From Balanoglossus misakiensis (lineage: Eukaryota; Animalia; Hemichordata): a stretch of DNA of 64,000 nt. Location: NCBI GenBank assembly GCA_040954595.2, contig CM082589.2:12102894-12166893 (forward strand). Direction: 5' to 3'. This document shows positions 10,768 to 23,300 of this stretch, piece after piece. Position numbers and translations under genes: made by a program. The stretch's first letter is position 1. Each line of letters begins with the position of its first letter. Under the pieces are notes generated by a model. That model had not been told where the DNA came from. It saw only the letters and a program-made list of their open reading frames with translations, and ran no database searches.

Positions 10768-12064
10768 AAGTAAATTTGATGTAATGTTTATGCTGTTATA
10801 GGTCTAATATTGTAAGACAATATAGTCCCTTATAGTCCCATACTTGTACTGTTGACCAGTGTTATGTTAATTACGGTACCAATTAACATCCATATTTAAT
10901 GCATTTGTGTAATTAGCATTATGCAGCCACAGTAATTGCAGCATGTTTTAGAAATTGGTTGCTATTGTTGTTTTTCAATTATGCAACTGAATTGGTTGAA
11001 TCGATGGAGAAAGATTTTACAAAGTACACCCTACATTTATTGGTTCAACAGACATCTCGACTGTAAGGTGCAATTGTCTATGTTTTCCTTGGCTCTGTAT
11101 GTGTTGTAGCCAGCTCTATTAATTTGTTGTTGCAAGAAATCACATTGTGTCAATTATACATGTCCTTGTATCATTTAGTGTAACAGACATATGTTATAAT
11201 TTCTATTATGTATTTCCCATTGCCACGTTAATTTCATGATTGATATTTCATGAATACACAGTTACTGCAATTTCATACATACATTCTTCATTTTGAAGAA
11301 TAGCATATTAGAATGTGGTGAATGTGGTCTGTCCTTTTCTGGTTGTTATAACTCTTGATTGAGATTACCTCTTCAAAGTAATTATGAGCACTATGTACTT
11401 AACAAGAATTAAAAGTTCATAGTAATTGTCATTTAACAATGTGCTCAATATTGTCAAAGATAAATATACTAATATGTTTTTTAAAAGTTTTAACAACATT
11501 TTGCAATTGAGTTGTGTGATGAACAAAATATTTTTGTGGGTGGAATACTAAGGGTATTGTATAAATGAAAAAAAAGAAAACATGTAGAAATACAGGTCAA
11601 TGTAAAATGAACCCTAATGATGAAAACCCCATGCATGTGAAACTTAGCTTTTTCAATTTACATACTAGTATTACATTATGGGGTATGTTGTTCTTCACTA
11701 CTGTAGTAAATTTTGATTACTTGCACTTCCTCTAATGTTTGATTATTTGTGAAAATTTAATAAAGAATGGTAAACTTCGTCTGAAATGTGGTTGCTCATA
11801 ATTGAATATGTCTAGAAATCATTTTAAACTTAAGCAGGAAGTTCCCATGTCAAAATCTCAAAACAAATCTACGGGTATTACAGACCCTCATCAAGACCAC
11901 GTGATATTTAAGCAAAATTGTTTGGTCCCATATAATTGGTACCTCTCCACCTGAAATTAGCTTCCAGGGTGTATTTGTTAGCCCAGAATTAGATATGCAC
12001 ATATTTAATTAGGGCCGAGGTCAAGGGCATGTTCATTACAGGTGTGTGCTTATTCCTACATTAA

Positions 12065-13140
12065 CGTCAAAGGTCATGTGAGATCACCCGAAATTTAGGC
12101 AAAAAAATTTGACCCCATACTAATCCAGGTCCAAGAAAAACCAGACCTCTATCCCTATTGGTTCGCCTAGAATTATGTATGCACATAGGTAAAGTGTAAG
12201 GCTCAATTAGGAGTTCCATCCCTCCAAATGTCAAGGCTGTATTTGCTGTGGATACTGAGATATGGGAAAGTAGCTCAAATGTCACCTGATTAATCATATT
12301 AATGTCAAAGGTCATGTGAGGTCACCCTCAATTTGGGCAAAAAGTTTTGATCCCCATACTAGTCCAGGTCCAACAAAAACCAGACCTATAGCCCTATTGG
12401 TTTGTCTGAAATTAGGTATGCCCATAATTAATGATGTAAAGTGTAAGACTCCATTAAGAGTTCAATCCCTCCAAACACAAATGCTGTACCTGTTCTAGAT
12501 GCCAAGAGATAGGAAAGTATGTCAAAGGTCACTTAAGGTCACCCGAAATTTTGACCCAATACTAGTCCAGGTCCATAATAAACCAAACCTCTAGCCCTAT
12601 TTGTTCACCTAGAATTAGGTATGCAGATAATTAATGAGGTAAAGTATGAGGCTCCATTAGGAGTTCCATCCCTCCAAATGCCAAAGCTGTATCTGCTCTG
12701 GATGCCGAGATATGATAAAGTAGGTCAAAGGTCACCTGAGGTCACCCACAATTTGGGCAAGAAATTTTGACCCCATACTGGTCCATGTCGAAAAAAAATC
12801 AAACCTCTAGCCTTATTGGTTAGCCTGGAATTAGGTATGCACATAATTAATGAGATAAGCAGGTGTCACATGTGACCCCCAATCTTGGCTTTTCAATTGT
12901 AGTCCCAACCATCCAAACGCCAAGTCTGTACCTGCTGTAGATGCAGAGATATAGGAAAGTAGGTCAAAGGTCACCTGAGGTCACCCAAAATTTGTGCAAA
13001 TTTTTTTGACCCAATACTGGTCCATGTCCCACAAGAACGAAACCTATAGCTCTATTAGTTACCCCGGAATTAGGTATGCACATAATAAATGAGTCAAGCA
13101 GGTGTTACAGGTGAGCCCAAAATTTTGCCTTTTATTTTGG
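12065..13140 (+). repeat. Helentron internal tandem repeat, ~200-240-bp unit (~5 copies)
   Basis: tcaaaggtca...tcaccc...tttgaccc at ~12067, 12305, 12522, 12725 and 12964. Confidence 0.9.
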
Positions 13141-13781
13141 TCCCATTCTGCTCACTGGCCAATAGACAGTCATTTTACAGGACCATTGCACAATAAGACG
13201 TGGACATAGCTTAACTATGGAGGTATAAGTAAAGGTATAAATTTAATAAAAAAATTAATATAAAAAAATCGGTTGATTTTTCATATTATTTTTTTTCGCT
13301 TAAAATGATTGACAAATGCTAGGCTAGCTGCACAGCAACTTTGGAATTGATCAGCCGAACGAATTTTGAGATATGACTGCATATTCATCCAAAATAATAT
13401 GTGGTCATAGCTTAACTATGTATAGTATAGGCCAATGGCTTGGGCGAAAAATATGAAAAATAATACTTAAAAATCTTCTTCTCAAAATTGACATGGCCTA
13501 TGGCCTTGAAATTTGGCATGTACAACCCTGGCCATATGGTCCGTAAAAGTTGCTAAAAGAATTTTGATATCTTCATGCATATGCAAATAAGGCCGATTTG
13601 AAAATTTTGCCCATATATGGTCATCAGGTCACATGACTAATTACACATTCACAAGGGTACTGCACGAGCTCTCATAGGCCTTCACCATTGTGCCAAATGT
13701 GAGATTTGTAGGTTCAGCCGTTTTCACGATCTAGCTGGACAAAAAAACGACACAAGAAGAAGAAGAAGAAGTAGAAGAAAA

Positions 13782-13931
13782 ACCCCAGTAATACCAATAG
13801 GGCCCAAGCCTGCTGGGCTTGGGCCCTAAAAAACCCCAGTAATACCAATAGGGCCCAAGCCTGCTGGGCTTGGGCCCTAAAAACTCCAGTAAAAACAATA
13901 GGGCACAAGCCTGCTGGGCTTGTGCCCTAAA
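13782..13931 (+). repeat. Triplicated Helentron terminal hairpin (~51-bp unit)
   Basis: Three copies of tagggc(c/a)caagcc-tgctg-ggcttg(g/t)gccctaa, 13-bp stem. Confidence 0.9.
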
Positions 13932-15549
13932 AATCGACCGATTTTTTTATATTAATTTTTTTACGAAATCTATACCTATACGTATTCCACTATAGTTAAG
14001 CTATGGCCAAGTCGTTTTGTAGAATTCTGGTTGGTGCAATAGTCCTATCGGCCAGTGTGCAGCATAGGACCACAAAAAGAAGCCAAATTAATTCAAGGGT
14101 CACCTGTGACACCTGCCTAACTCATTAATTATGTGCATACCTAATTCGAGGCAAACCAATAGGGCTACAGGTCTGATTTTTGTTAGACATGGACCAGTAT
14201 GGGGTCAAATTATCCCCCAAAATTTGGGGTGACCTTGAGTGACCTTTGACCTTCTTCCGCATATCTCGGCATCCAGAGCAGGTACAGCTTAGGTGTTTGG
14301 GTGGATGGTACCAAAATAAGAAGCCAAATTCAAGGGTCACCTGTGACACCTGCCTAACTCATTAATTATGTGCATACCTAATTCCAGGCAAACCAATAGG
14401 GCTACAGGTCTGATTTTTGTTGGACATGAACCAGTATGGGGTCAAATTATCCCCCAAAATTTGGGGTGACCTTGGGTGACCTTTGACCTACTTCCTCATA
14501 TCTCGGCATTTACAGCAGGTACAGCTTAGGTGTTTGGGTGGATGGTACCAAAATAAGAAGCCAAAATTTAGGGTCACCTGTGACACCTGCCTAACTCATT
14601 AATTATGTGCATACCTAATTCTAGGCGAACCAAGGGGGCTACAGGTCTGGTGTTTGTTGGATATGTACCACTATGGGGTCAAATGTTTTTGCCCACATTT
14701 TGGGTGACCTTGGGTGACCTTTGACCTACTTCCTCATATCGCGGCATCCAGAGCAGGTACAGCTTAGGTGTTTGGGTGGATGGTACCAAAATAAGAAGCC
14801 AAAATTTAGGGTCACCTGTGACACCTGCCTAACTCATTAATTATGTGCATACCTAATTCCAGGCAAACCAACAGGGCTACAGGTCTTGTGTTTGTTGGAT
14901 ATGTACCACTAGGGGATCAAATTGTTTTGCCCAAATTTTGGGGTGACCTTGGGTGACCTTTGACCTACTTCTACATATCTCAGCATCTAGAGCAGGTACA
15001 GCTTAGGTGTTTGGGTGGATGGAACCAAAATAAGAAGCCAAAATTTAGGGTCACCTGTGACACCTGCCTTACTCATTAATTATGTGCATACCTAATTCCA
15101 GGCGAACTAACAGGACTACAGGTCTGGTGTTTGTTGGACATGGACCAGTATGGGGTCAAATTTTCCCCCCAAATTTCGGGTGACCTTGGGTGACCTTTGA
15201 CCTACTTCCGCATATCTCGGCATCCACAGCAGGTACAGCTTAGGTGTTTGGGAGGATGGTACCAAAATAAGTAGCCAAAATTTAGGACCACCTGTGACAC
15301 CTGCCTAACTATGTGAATAACTAAGTACACACGAACCAATAGGGCTAGATGTGTGGTTTTTATTGGACATGGACCAATATAGTGTCAAAGTTTTCTGCTC
15401 ATATTTAGGGTGACCTCACATGACGTTTGACCAACTTTCCCACATCCTCCACCCTGACTAATTAAATATGCACATATCTATCTCCAGGCGAACCAATAGG
15501 GCTAGCAGTGTCTCGAAACCCGCTTATTGCTGTTCACAGCTATATTTTT
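13932..15549 (-). mobile_element. Non-autonomous Helentron (HINE), inverted, cut at 13932
   Basis: 13932-14010 is a diverged reverse complement of 13200-13280. ~238-bp repeats at 14097, 14334, 14571, 14809, 15048 and 15285. Terminal tattgctg-ttca-cagctata hairpin plus T-run at 15525-15549. Confidence 0.85.
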
Positions 15550-15770
15550 CCCTTGAAATCATCATAATTTAATGTTGGCAGCCAGAAATACAATGATTAT
15601 GTGGGAGCTTTTGGAAAGGTGAGAGTTATGCTGTATAATTATGTGGTTTTGGTTTCAAGAACATTAATTTTTTTATGTAGAGCATTACATAATAAATTAT
15701 CAGAATGCACCATTGAACGATAAACTGTCAACAGTAAACAGAGTACCTAATGGGGAACAATATATGTAAT

Positions 15771-16707
15771 ATAGTGCAGGAGCTTAACCCCACATTTTGG
15801 CATAATTGTGCACTTTGGGTTAAAAGCATAAAACTTGGTACACTTATGCATTGACCCATGGCGGCCATTTTCTGATATGGATCCAAAATGACAGCGCCCT
15901 CTAGTGGCCAGAAACAGACATTCATACTTAAAAATTGTGCACTTTGGGTTAAAAGCATGAAATTTGGTACAATTATTCATTGACCCATGGCGGACATTTT
16001 CCAATATGGATCCCAAAAGACAGCGCCCTATAGTGGCTAGAAACTGACATTTACACTTTTCCTCCCATTAATGACACTTTTTGGGCAAGTTTAACACTCA
16101 GAGACAGGAATGTGGGTTGTAAAACATGCTTGCTGCCATACATCCCTTTGAATATTATCCTAATCCTGATGTACATGCATCAGATCAATCTTGTATGTTA
16201 CTAATTGAACGATTTGTTCTTCGAAATAACAACCAGTTCAATACACAAAGTCATGCAAAGGGGTAATACAACACCTCTTCTCCAGAAATTCAAGGGTTCT
16301 CGAGAATACAGGCAGCTCCTAAAGAACACGTGCTGTGAGAAACTTAGCAAAGCTATATCAAACCAACAGAATCCCAGTGGAAATCAAGTTGGACAACTCT
16401 TAGTCAAGCCCAAGAAAAGAGTCAACCTCAGGAAATCAGTGGCCAAAAGTCATGCACATGTTTCTGTAGGTGCTTTAGGTCTAGTCTGACAGCAGTGGAC
16501 ATTGTTACTGTGAAGGAAGATGTAATCAAGATTGATCTGATACATGTATATCAGGATTAGGATAATATACACATGAATGTATGGTAGCAAGCATGTTTTA
16601 CAACCCACATTCCTGTTTCTGAGTGTTACAAATGACCAAAAAGTGCCATTAATGGGGGGAAAGTGTGAATGTCTGTTTCCGGCCAATAGAGGGCGCTGTC
16701 ATTTTGG
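15771..16707. mobile_element. Fold-back/long-TIR element fragment (unclassified)
   Basis: ~16010-16192 is inverted at 16527-16707; a ~128-bp tandem duplication lies in the left arm. Confidence 0.7.
15892..15909 (-). promoter_or_regulatory. CTCF-like motif (variants at 16021-16038 minus, 16681-16698 plus)
   Basis: Minus strand reads ggccactagagggcgctg, matching the CTCF core consensus. Binding is not demonstrated. Confidence 0.5.
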
Positions 16708-17269
16708 CCTACTTTACCATATCTTAATTTTTTTACATTCCATATTTCTATATCGTAAGATCATATCTACTTGCAATGTCACCTGTAATTTTTATTATGG
16801 TGTGTCACTGTTTCCGCATAATCCTCAAATGGGACCACAGTGACCTTGACGCTATTTTTACATTGAATGGACTAGTCTGCTCAAACTTTCCTTATCAAAA
16901 ATTCTGTTTAATCTTCTGTAACATGTATAATAGTATACATGTAGCTGCCTGATAGTTTGCCCTGTGTGTGTAACTGCTGAGTGACATAACGCATTCTGTG
17001 ATTGGTCCAGTCACGTAACCACCAATCAGATCGCTTGTTATAAGGAGAACTGCGCGACCTTTAACCGCATAAGCATACCTGATTTTTAGGGCTCGATATT
17101 ACCTCTGAGGACGCAATATTTAAGTTGAAGTTTTTTTTCTTTTATCATATTAATGCAAGAAGACTTGCTTTTTATGTAAAAGAAATAGACCCTAATATAC
17201 AGAGTGCATTTTGAAACGATAGGCAGGTCTGGCCCATAGCCTAATTCTTCATTTTTCTGTCATGCGTAG

Positions 17270-17386
17270 GAATTGATCAGTGCTAACAACCCATGTCAAA
17301 ATGGCGACACTTGCCAACCCTAACCTTGTGTGTGGCATTGACGTGCACCTGCCAAGGATGCTATACTGGGGAGTGCTGTGAAAATT
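17270..17386 (+). pseudogene. Degenerate EGF exon (older paralog of 44433-44548)
   Basis: tag|..NNPCQNGDTCQ..TCTCQGCYTGECCEN|gtaagt, with frameshifts and a stop. Confidence 0.75.
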
Positions 17387-17579
17387 GTAAGTCAGTTTCT
17401 TTTGTCAAATTAATCAATATGTGTGGGACTGCTATACATGTATATAAAACAGAATACTGCGATGGAAAATTCGATAACTTAATGTTTCAGTGGATATATG
17501 ACTTAAAGTTAGCAGGATGCAGTGAATTCAACAGAAAGTGTAATTTCCTCTTGTGTGAGCTCTGTGCGACTGTGACAAT

Positions 17580-18612
17580 GACAGTGAAGCAGTATTCATC
17601 TCCCGAACTGTCTTCCACTTTATGCACAGCTTTGACAGTTTCATCCTTGTCTACCCTATTTGCCTTGCCTCTTGATCGGCAGCATTTGGAAAAATGGTTA
17701 GGTTTGCCACACTTCCTGCATGACTTGCCTTTAGCTGGACATACTGAGTCATGTGGATAGGTGCCACCACAATAATAACAAGTGGATGGTCCTTTCGCTG
17801 GCTGCTGATGAGCTCTCTTTTGTTTATTTTGTTTCGGGCGTTGATGGCGCTGTTTTCTGACCGCATTCACAGATGCCGTATCTGCACCATTATTTTGGGT
17901 TTTCTCCTCAATCCCACTAGCCTGAACCTCTGATACCTCAAACGAACGGGCTGTACTCAGTAGATTCTCTAGTGTCGTCTCCTCCCGAAGAGCACGACGT
18001 CTGAGACGGGCTTATGTGAATCCTCGTATGATTTGTGATTTGACCTCTTGATCACATATGTTTCTGCTAGGCGTTGCAAACAAGTGTGATAGGCATCGAT
18101 CGATTCGCCGTTGTTTTGTATGGTGTCTCTGAAGATGAATCGTTCGTATTCAATGTTCTGTTTGGGTGAGAAGTACGACGTAAGCTTTAATTTGGCTGTT
18201 TCACAGCTCGTTCCTGTATCTGGTAGAGTATCAAAGATGTCGGAAACTTCCTCACCTGCCCAGTGCAATAGCAGTGCACGTTGTCGCTTGTCATCTGTAA
18301 TGTTGAATGCGACAAATGCGTTTTCTACTCTAGCCATGTACTTTTTCCATCTCGTACTGGTGGTTGTCGGGTCTGAATGAACAGGAAAACTCGGCATTGA
18401 CGGCTAGCTGATTCTCCATGTTCTCCGTCCTCGTCGCCAAATATAGAATCGTGGGTGGGCAATAATGACAACACGAGACACCAAGTCCGGCATGTAAGAG
18501 TGAGAGTGCCTAGCCTCGTTCATGCACTTTATTCATAATGACCCGAATGTTGCATAACGTCATTTTACAGAATGTATAAAGTATAGATGCTCACTAGTGT
18601 TTGGACATTACA
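17580..18612 (-). mobile_element. Gypsy/Ty3 (Mag-like) 5' fragment: LTR, PBS, gag
   Basis: Putative LTR ~18441-18612 (TG start, aataaa). PBS tggcgacgagga at 18428-18439, complementary to the 3' end of tRNA-Ser(GCT). gag RWKKYMARVENAF..RALLLHWAG with zinc knuckles CYYCG..H..C and CRKCGKPNH..C; frameshifted. Confidence 0.88.
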
Positions 18613-18813
18613 ATATACATGTGACTGCAGTGTCTTTCCAATCATGAATTTGCAAGGTGTCCTTCAGAGAAAATCTTCTGATTCTCTTTTCTGATTTGCT
18701 TTGCATATATGACTTAATGATCTCATTTGTTGGAATTCCCTGTCCCAAATTTTTGATGATCAGTCTCTGCCCCATTGCTCATCGTCCCAACTTTCTTGTG
18801 TATTGAAAACCAG

Positions 18814-18936
18814 GAATCAACCAATGCGATCCCAATCCGTGCTTGAACAGTGGTTTCTGCCAGATGACATCTGGATCATGTGAACTGTACACATGTTTCT
18901 GTCAGAATTCTTACACTGGTGACCTTTGTGAACAAA
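18814..18936 (+). CDS. Isolated intact phase 1-1 EGF-like exon
   Basis: cag|..INQCDPNPCLNSGFCQMTSGSCELYTCFCQNSYTGDLCEQ..|gtaagt, 123 bp. Confidence 0.75.
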
Positions 18937-19618
18937 GTAAGTTTTGATTTATTGTCTTGGGTTAATAATTTATACAGTTCAAAGTATCACCATTTCTTTC
19001 AATATGTAGATTTTTTGTTTTTCTCTACAAGTGTAATCAAGATCTGCTTGAAAATTTGTGTCGCTGTTCTAGTTTATGAATTATGAGGCTGTTCTATGAG
19101 CTGAGCCATTCAATGAAATTAAACATGGTGACCATATGATTTTATCTGACCACGGAATATAATTTCTATTGATGGAGCCATTTGATTTTTTGTGTATACA
19201 TGAAAATAGCAATACTGGAAGTAAGTAAGCATTAAATCCCATGTTCTATGTCACACACGTGGCTATACGGGCCAGTTCATGTGATAACAAACATAATTAA
19301 TGGGAAAATGGCAGCGAGAGAGAGACTTTGTCCCTTTAATTCTTGAGTTGATTGGCGAGCCACCTTCGATTCGATCAGGATGACCTCCAATCACAAAGTG
19401 TATATCAATACATGTGACACTAGGACCCTGAGAACTAACCAGGGGTAAGGGAAAAGGTAGCCCTTAGAAACAAATTTGGTAAGGTTACACCTAGCATGTT
19501 GAAAGATGTGCCCCCGGGACATGCCCCACCTTAGGTTGACACCAGAGTTTCATAAAAAAGTTGTGTATGACACAAAAACGGAAAATTCCCCCGTACTGAC
19601 TATTCATCAGACAGTTTT

Positions 19619-20198
19619 ATGAGTAGTAACAATAGGAGCCATGGGGTAAATGCCAAAAGAAGTTGCCCTCCTTGTCCTAGGGCAGGCGAATATGACAACA
19701 ACAGATCACATAGCATTCGTGGGAAGGAGGGGATTCAACCCACACTTTCTTATTGGTGTTGGGAAAATGATGCCCTTGAACCCATGCCCAGACTCACTTT
19801 CCGATCAAGGTATGATCCAAGTCTGGGTGAAGGAGGGCCTTGGGGACAGGATGTTTTCAGTTATGGGGAGGCATGGGATAGGGACAATTTCGACACTTTT
19901 GCCACGTGCAGTACAGAGGGGATGCGATCAGAACCATTATCCTGGAGAGTTTGCAGGGACGTTCCATCAATATGAACTGGAAGGGTTTACCAGATATTTT
20001 ACGCCACCTGCACCCCCATATTCAATGAGGCCCACACCGAACCCAGCTAGTCCATACAACCAACAGTATGAATCACCACCTCATGCTGGGCGTAGCCATA
20101 GGCTATACATGCCTGCCGGTATCGAAGACCATTATGAGTATTGGTACCAGACCCCTCTTGAGAATGAATCATGGTTCCACCCTTATGGTAAAAAATAA
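19619..20198 (+). other. Two overlapping orphan ORFs (118 aa and 182 aa), unknown product
   Basis: GC-richer island with a Pro/Tyr-rich C-terminus; no recognised domain. Confidence 0.25.
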
Positions 20199-20483
20199 GA
20201 TTACTCCATGCTAATAAATTATTAGAATGAAAGTACATTCCAAGTGACTTGTTGGGAGCATCGGGCCACTTAATTCCGAAAAATTGCAATCAGCCTGATT
20301 TTCAGTTAACCAATCTAAAGTCCAACTTTTCGTGTATTTAGTTGGGTTTCTAAAACTAACACATTTTTTGACAATATTAATGGCATGATGAACACTACTC
20401 TCATCAAATAAAATAATGTTGTGTCATCCACAACTGGTGTAATTTTTATGTGTTTGGAATCGTAGACACCATTTATCTTTTAG

Positions 20484-21326
20484 TCTATCTATCTATCTAC
20501 CTTACTGGCCAACTTCAACATATTGAAGGCTTTGCCAGTGAGTGCACCCTAGTACAGGACATCAAAAATGTCAGTTTTCTGGTTTGGTGAAGTATAGTGC
20601 CAAAGAAGATTTGAAGGATTCGTGTGACCCTGCAGATATGATGTCTGGTGGTATACTATTCCAGTCTTTGATTGTCCTTGGAAAGAAGGAATATTTTCTG
20701 TAGTCTGTTTTGAATTTGGGAATTTTATAACTTTTACTATATGCATGTGTCTAGTGAGTCTTAGCAGGGGTTGGAGATGCTGAAGATTGTTCATAGCAAC
20801 AGTTCCTGTTGAAATTTTATATGGCATCGATAGTCTGGCTTCTTTTCTACGTTGTTCTAATGATGTCCAATGTAAGGTATTTATCATGTTGTCAACACTA
20901 GAGCGATTTCGAAATCTGCCAGTCACGTAGTGTGCAGCGCGTCTTTGTGTTTTTCTAACAAAGCTATGTCGGTCTGTTCATATGGGTCCCAAACAGTGGA
21001 GGCGTATTCAACTAGTGGTCTTACAAGTGTTGTGTATGCCTTCTCTTTCACCGATGTTGATCCTATGTTGAGATTTCTACGGAGGAAACCAAGTGTTTTG
21101 TTTGCTTTGTTGCATATTAAAGTAATATGTTGGTGCCAATCAAGATCAGCTGTCAGTGTGCACCCTAGATACTTTTCGGATGAGCTGTGTTTGATTATCT
21201 TCCCGTTTAAACTGTACTGGTTAATTATCATTGAACGTTTCCTTGTTACTGACAGAACAGAGCATTTGTGTGGATGAAAATACATTTTCCATTTGTTGGC
21301 CCACGCTGCTAGTTTGTCTAGATCAG
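20484..21326 (-). mobile_element. 5'-truncated CR1-group LINE (RT C-terminus + 3' UTR)
   Basis: KYLGCTL..KANKTLGFLRRNL..AYTTLVRPLVEYASTVWDPY..LHWTSLEQRR, with a (taga)n tail at 20484-20500. Confidence 0.9.
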
Positions 21327-21482
21327 ATAGTCAACCCTAAATCTAATATAATAGTCGCGAAAATTTCTATGACAAACAAAAAATGAAGGGGACACCCTTG
21401 TCAGATCCCTTTGGATGGATAACCTTTAGAGAAGACATTGCCATTTTTCAAACATCTAGTATGTGATTATACATAGTTTTAA

Positions 21483-21769
21483 CCCTATAACGCTGCCAAG
21501 TCAGTTTGATATCCAGGGTGCCTAGAATCCTGGCTCCCAGGCCTGTTAGGCTGCCAAGGGCGTGTTACGCAGTAGGGCCTATACTAGACCCTCAAACCAA
21601 ACCAGGCAAACCAGTACGATTTAGTACATTTAAGGGGGCTTAGACTGCCAAGTGTGTATATGAGAGCCATGGCAAGACAGTCAAAATACGTTTAGGAAGA
21701 TAAAATGGCAAACACATATTTTAAGGGACTTGACACTCTAAACAGGTATGACACCTAGTAGCATTAGGG
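21483..21769. mobile_element. piggyBac-like MITE
   Basis: TTAA|cccta...taggg|TTAA with imperfect TIRs. Confidence 0.65.
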
Positions 21770-22435
21770 TTAAAATATAGCTGCAAGCCAAAATGGTCAT
21801 CTGAGGTCACCCGAAATTTGGGCAAAATTTTTGACCCCATACTGGTCCAGGTCCATCAGAAACCAAACCTTCAGCCCTATTGGTTCGCCTGGAATTAGGT
21901 ATACACATAATTAATGAGTTAAGCAGTTGTACAGGTGACCTCAAAATTCGGCTTTTCATTTTAGTCCCATCCCTCGAAATGCTAAGGCTGTACCTGCTCT
22001 GGATGCCGAGATATGAGAAAGTAGATCACCTGAGGTCACCCAAAATTTTATGGAAAAAATTGGACCCCACACTTGTCCATGTCCAACCGAAACAAAACCT
22101 CTAGCCTATTAGTAAGCCTAGAATTAGGTATGCACATAATTAATTAGGTCAAAGGTCAAGGGGTAACAAGTACATGTGTATGCTTCATCCCACCAAATAT
22201 GAAGTCTGTCGGTCTAATAGTTACGTACTTATGAGCATTTATGTTATATATAGTTCAACGGTCACCGAGGTCCATGACATTGCGGCGAAATGATTTGGTC
22301 CAATAGTTGTACCTGTCCACCAAAAATCAGCTCCCTAGGTGTATTAGTTAGCGTAGAAGTAGATATGTGTTTTTCAAGGTGGGTCAAAGGTCAAGGGGTC
22401 ACCCGAAATTTGGCTTCTCATTTCGGCCCCTTGGT

Positions 22436-23300
22436 CAGTCCCTGTTCACTCCATAAATGGAGACGTGTTCTGCGCAACCGCAGTACGTGTAACCTCGTGA
22501 ATCAGATGTGCACATGCATACAGCAGTCCCTGTTCACTCCATAAATGGAGACGTGTTCTGCGCAACTACAGCTGGACCTGTGAAAGATCAAATCCGATCG
22601 ACATATTTAGTTTCCGTATATTATATTGACCAATGCAGACTAAATCTAATAGAATTACTACATGTAGTATATCGTGTACAATACACATGTTTGACAATAT
22701 TGCAGTTTGAGTGTTAGATGCTGCAGACATGTATACCCGATCTAAATTTCCGACCTACACATGTACATGTATTACTGTTCACATGTACATACACGGTAAC
22801 CGCATTCTGAAAATGACATGGTATTTTCAAAATGTTACCCCAAATTACCCCATCATGTGAGAGCCATGAAACTCACACCCATTGTCCAGCAGTAGTTAGT
22901 TGAGTATCCTATTCACTCAAAACAAAAAGAACGGGTGTGAAAAAGTCACTAAAACAGCATTGATACAGAGGTGTATAACACTGTCCATGATTTCAAGAGA
23001 AAAACATGAACGCAGCCCAGGCAGATCGGTCACTGTATGTGGCGATATCTTTCTAAGTATTTCACTCAACTTGTACAGACGATGCCATGCTGTCTTCTGG
23101 AATGTGCTGGTAACGTCACACTTCGAAATTTTCCGAAGTTGCCGCTCCATAGGGTCGAAAATCACCGAAGTCTACGTGTAAACAAATCAGCGAATGATAC
23201 TCACTTGCAAACTTTGCGGGATATGCAAATTTATTTCTGAGCATGCGCAGTACGTCTCCATTGATGGTGATCGCTGGCAAGCTGCAGTGAACACTGGCTG
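22436..23300. mobile_element. Nested MITE with imperfect TIRs (cagtccctgttcact / agtgaacactggctg) and a duplicated left end
   Basis: Subterminal atggagacgt..ctgcgca is inverted at ~23243-23260; the left end is repeated at 22436 and 22524. No TSD recognised. Confidence 0.55.

Larger units (their letters stand above)
1..13931 (+). mobile_element. Autonomous Helentron (left end outside the window; right end at the triple hairpin)
   Basis: RepHel-EN ORF followed by ~200-240-bp repeats, a (gaa)n microsatellite and terminal hairpins ending in an A-run at ~13931. The same terminal architecture recurs at 24.5-24.98 kb. Continuity from 8.6 to 12 kb is inferred. Confidence 0.75.

Noticed and set aside
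13782-13931. CRISPR-like palindromic repeats (also 24823-24977)
   Set aside because: The inter-hairpin segments are near-identical rather than unique spacers, there are no cas genes, and the context is a eukaryotic Helentron end.
18428-18439. tRNA gene
   Set aside because: Only a 12-nt primer-binding site of the Gypsy element; no cloverleaf.
17270-18936. EGF exons captured by the Helentron
   Set aside because: They lie outside the recognisable Helentron and HINE termini and are paralogous to the host exon array.
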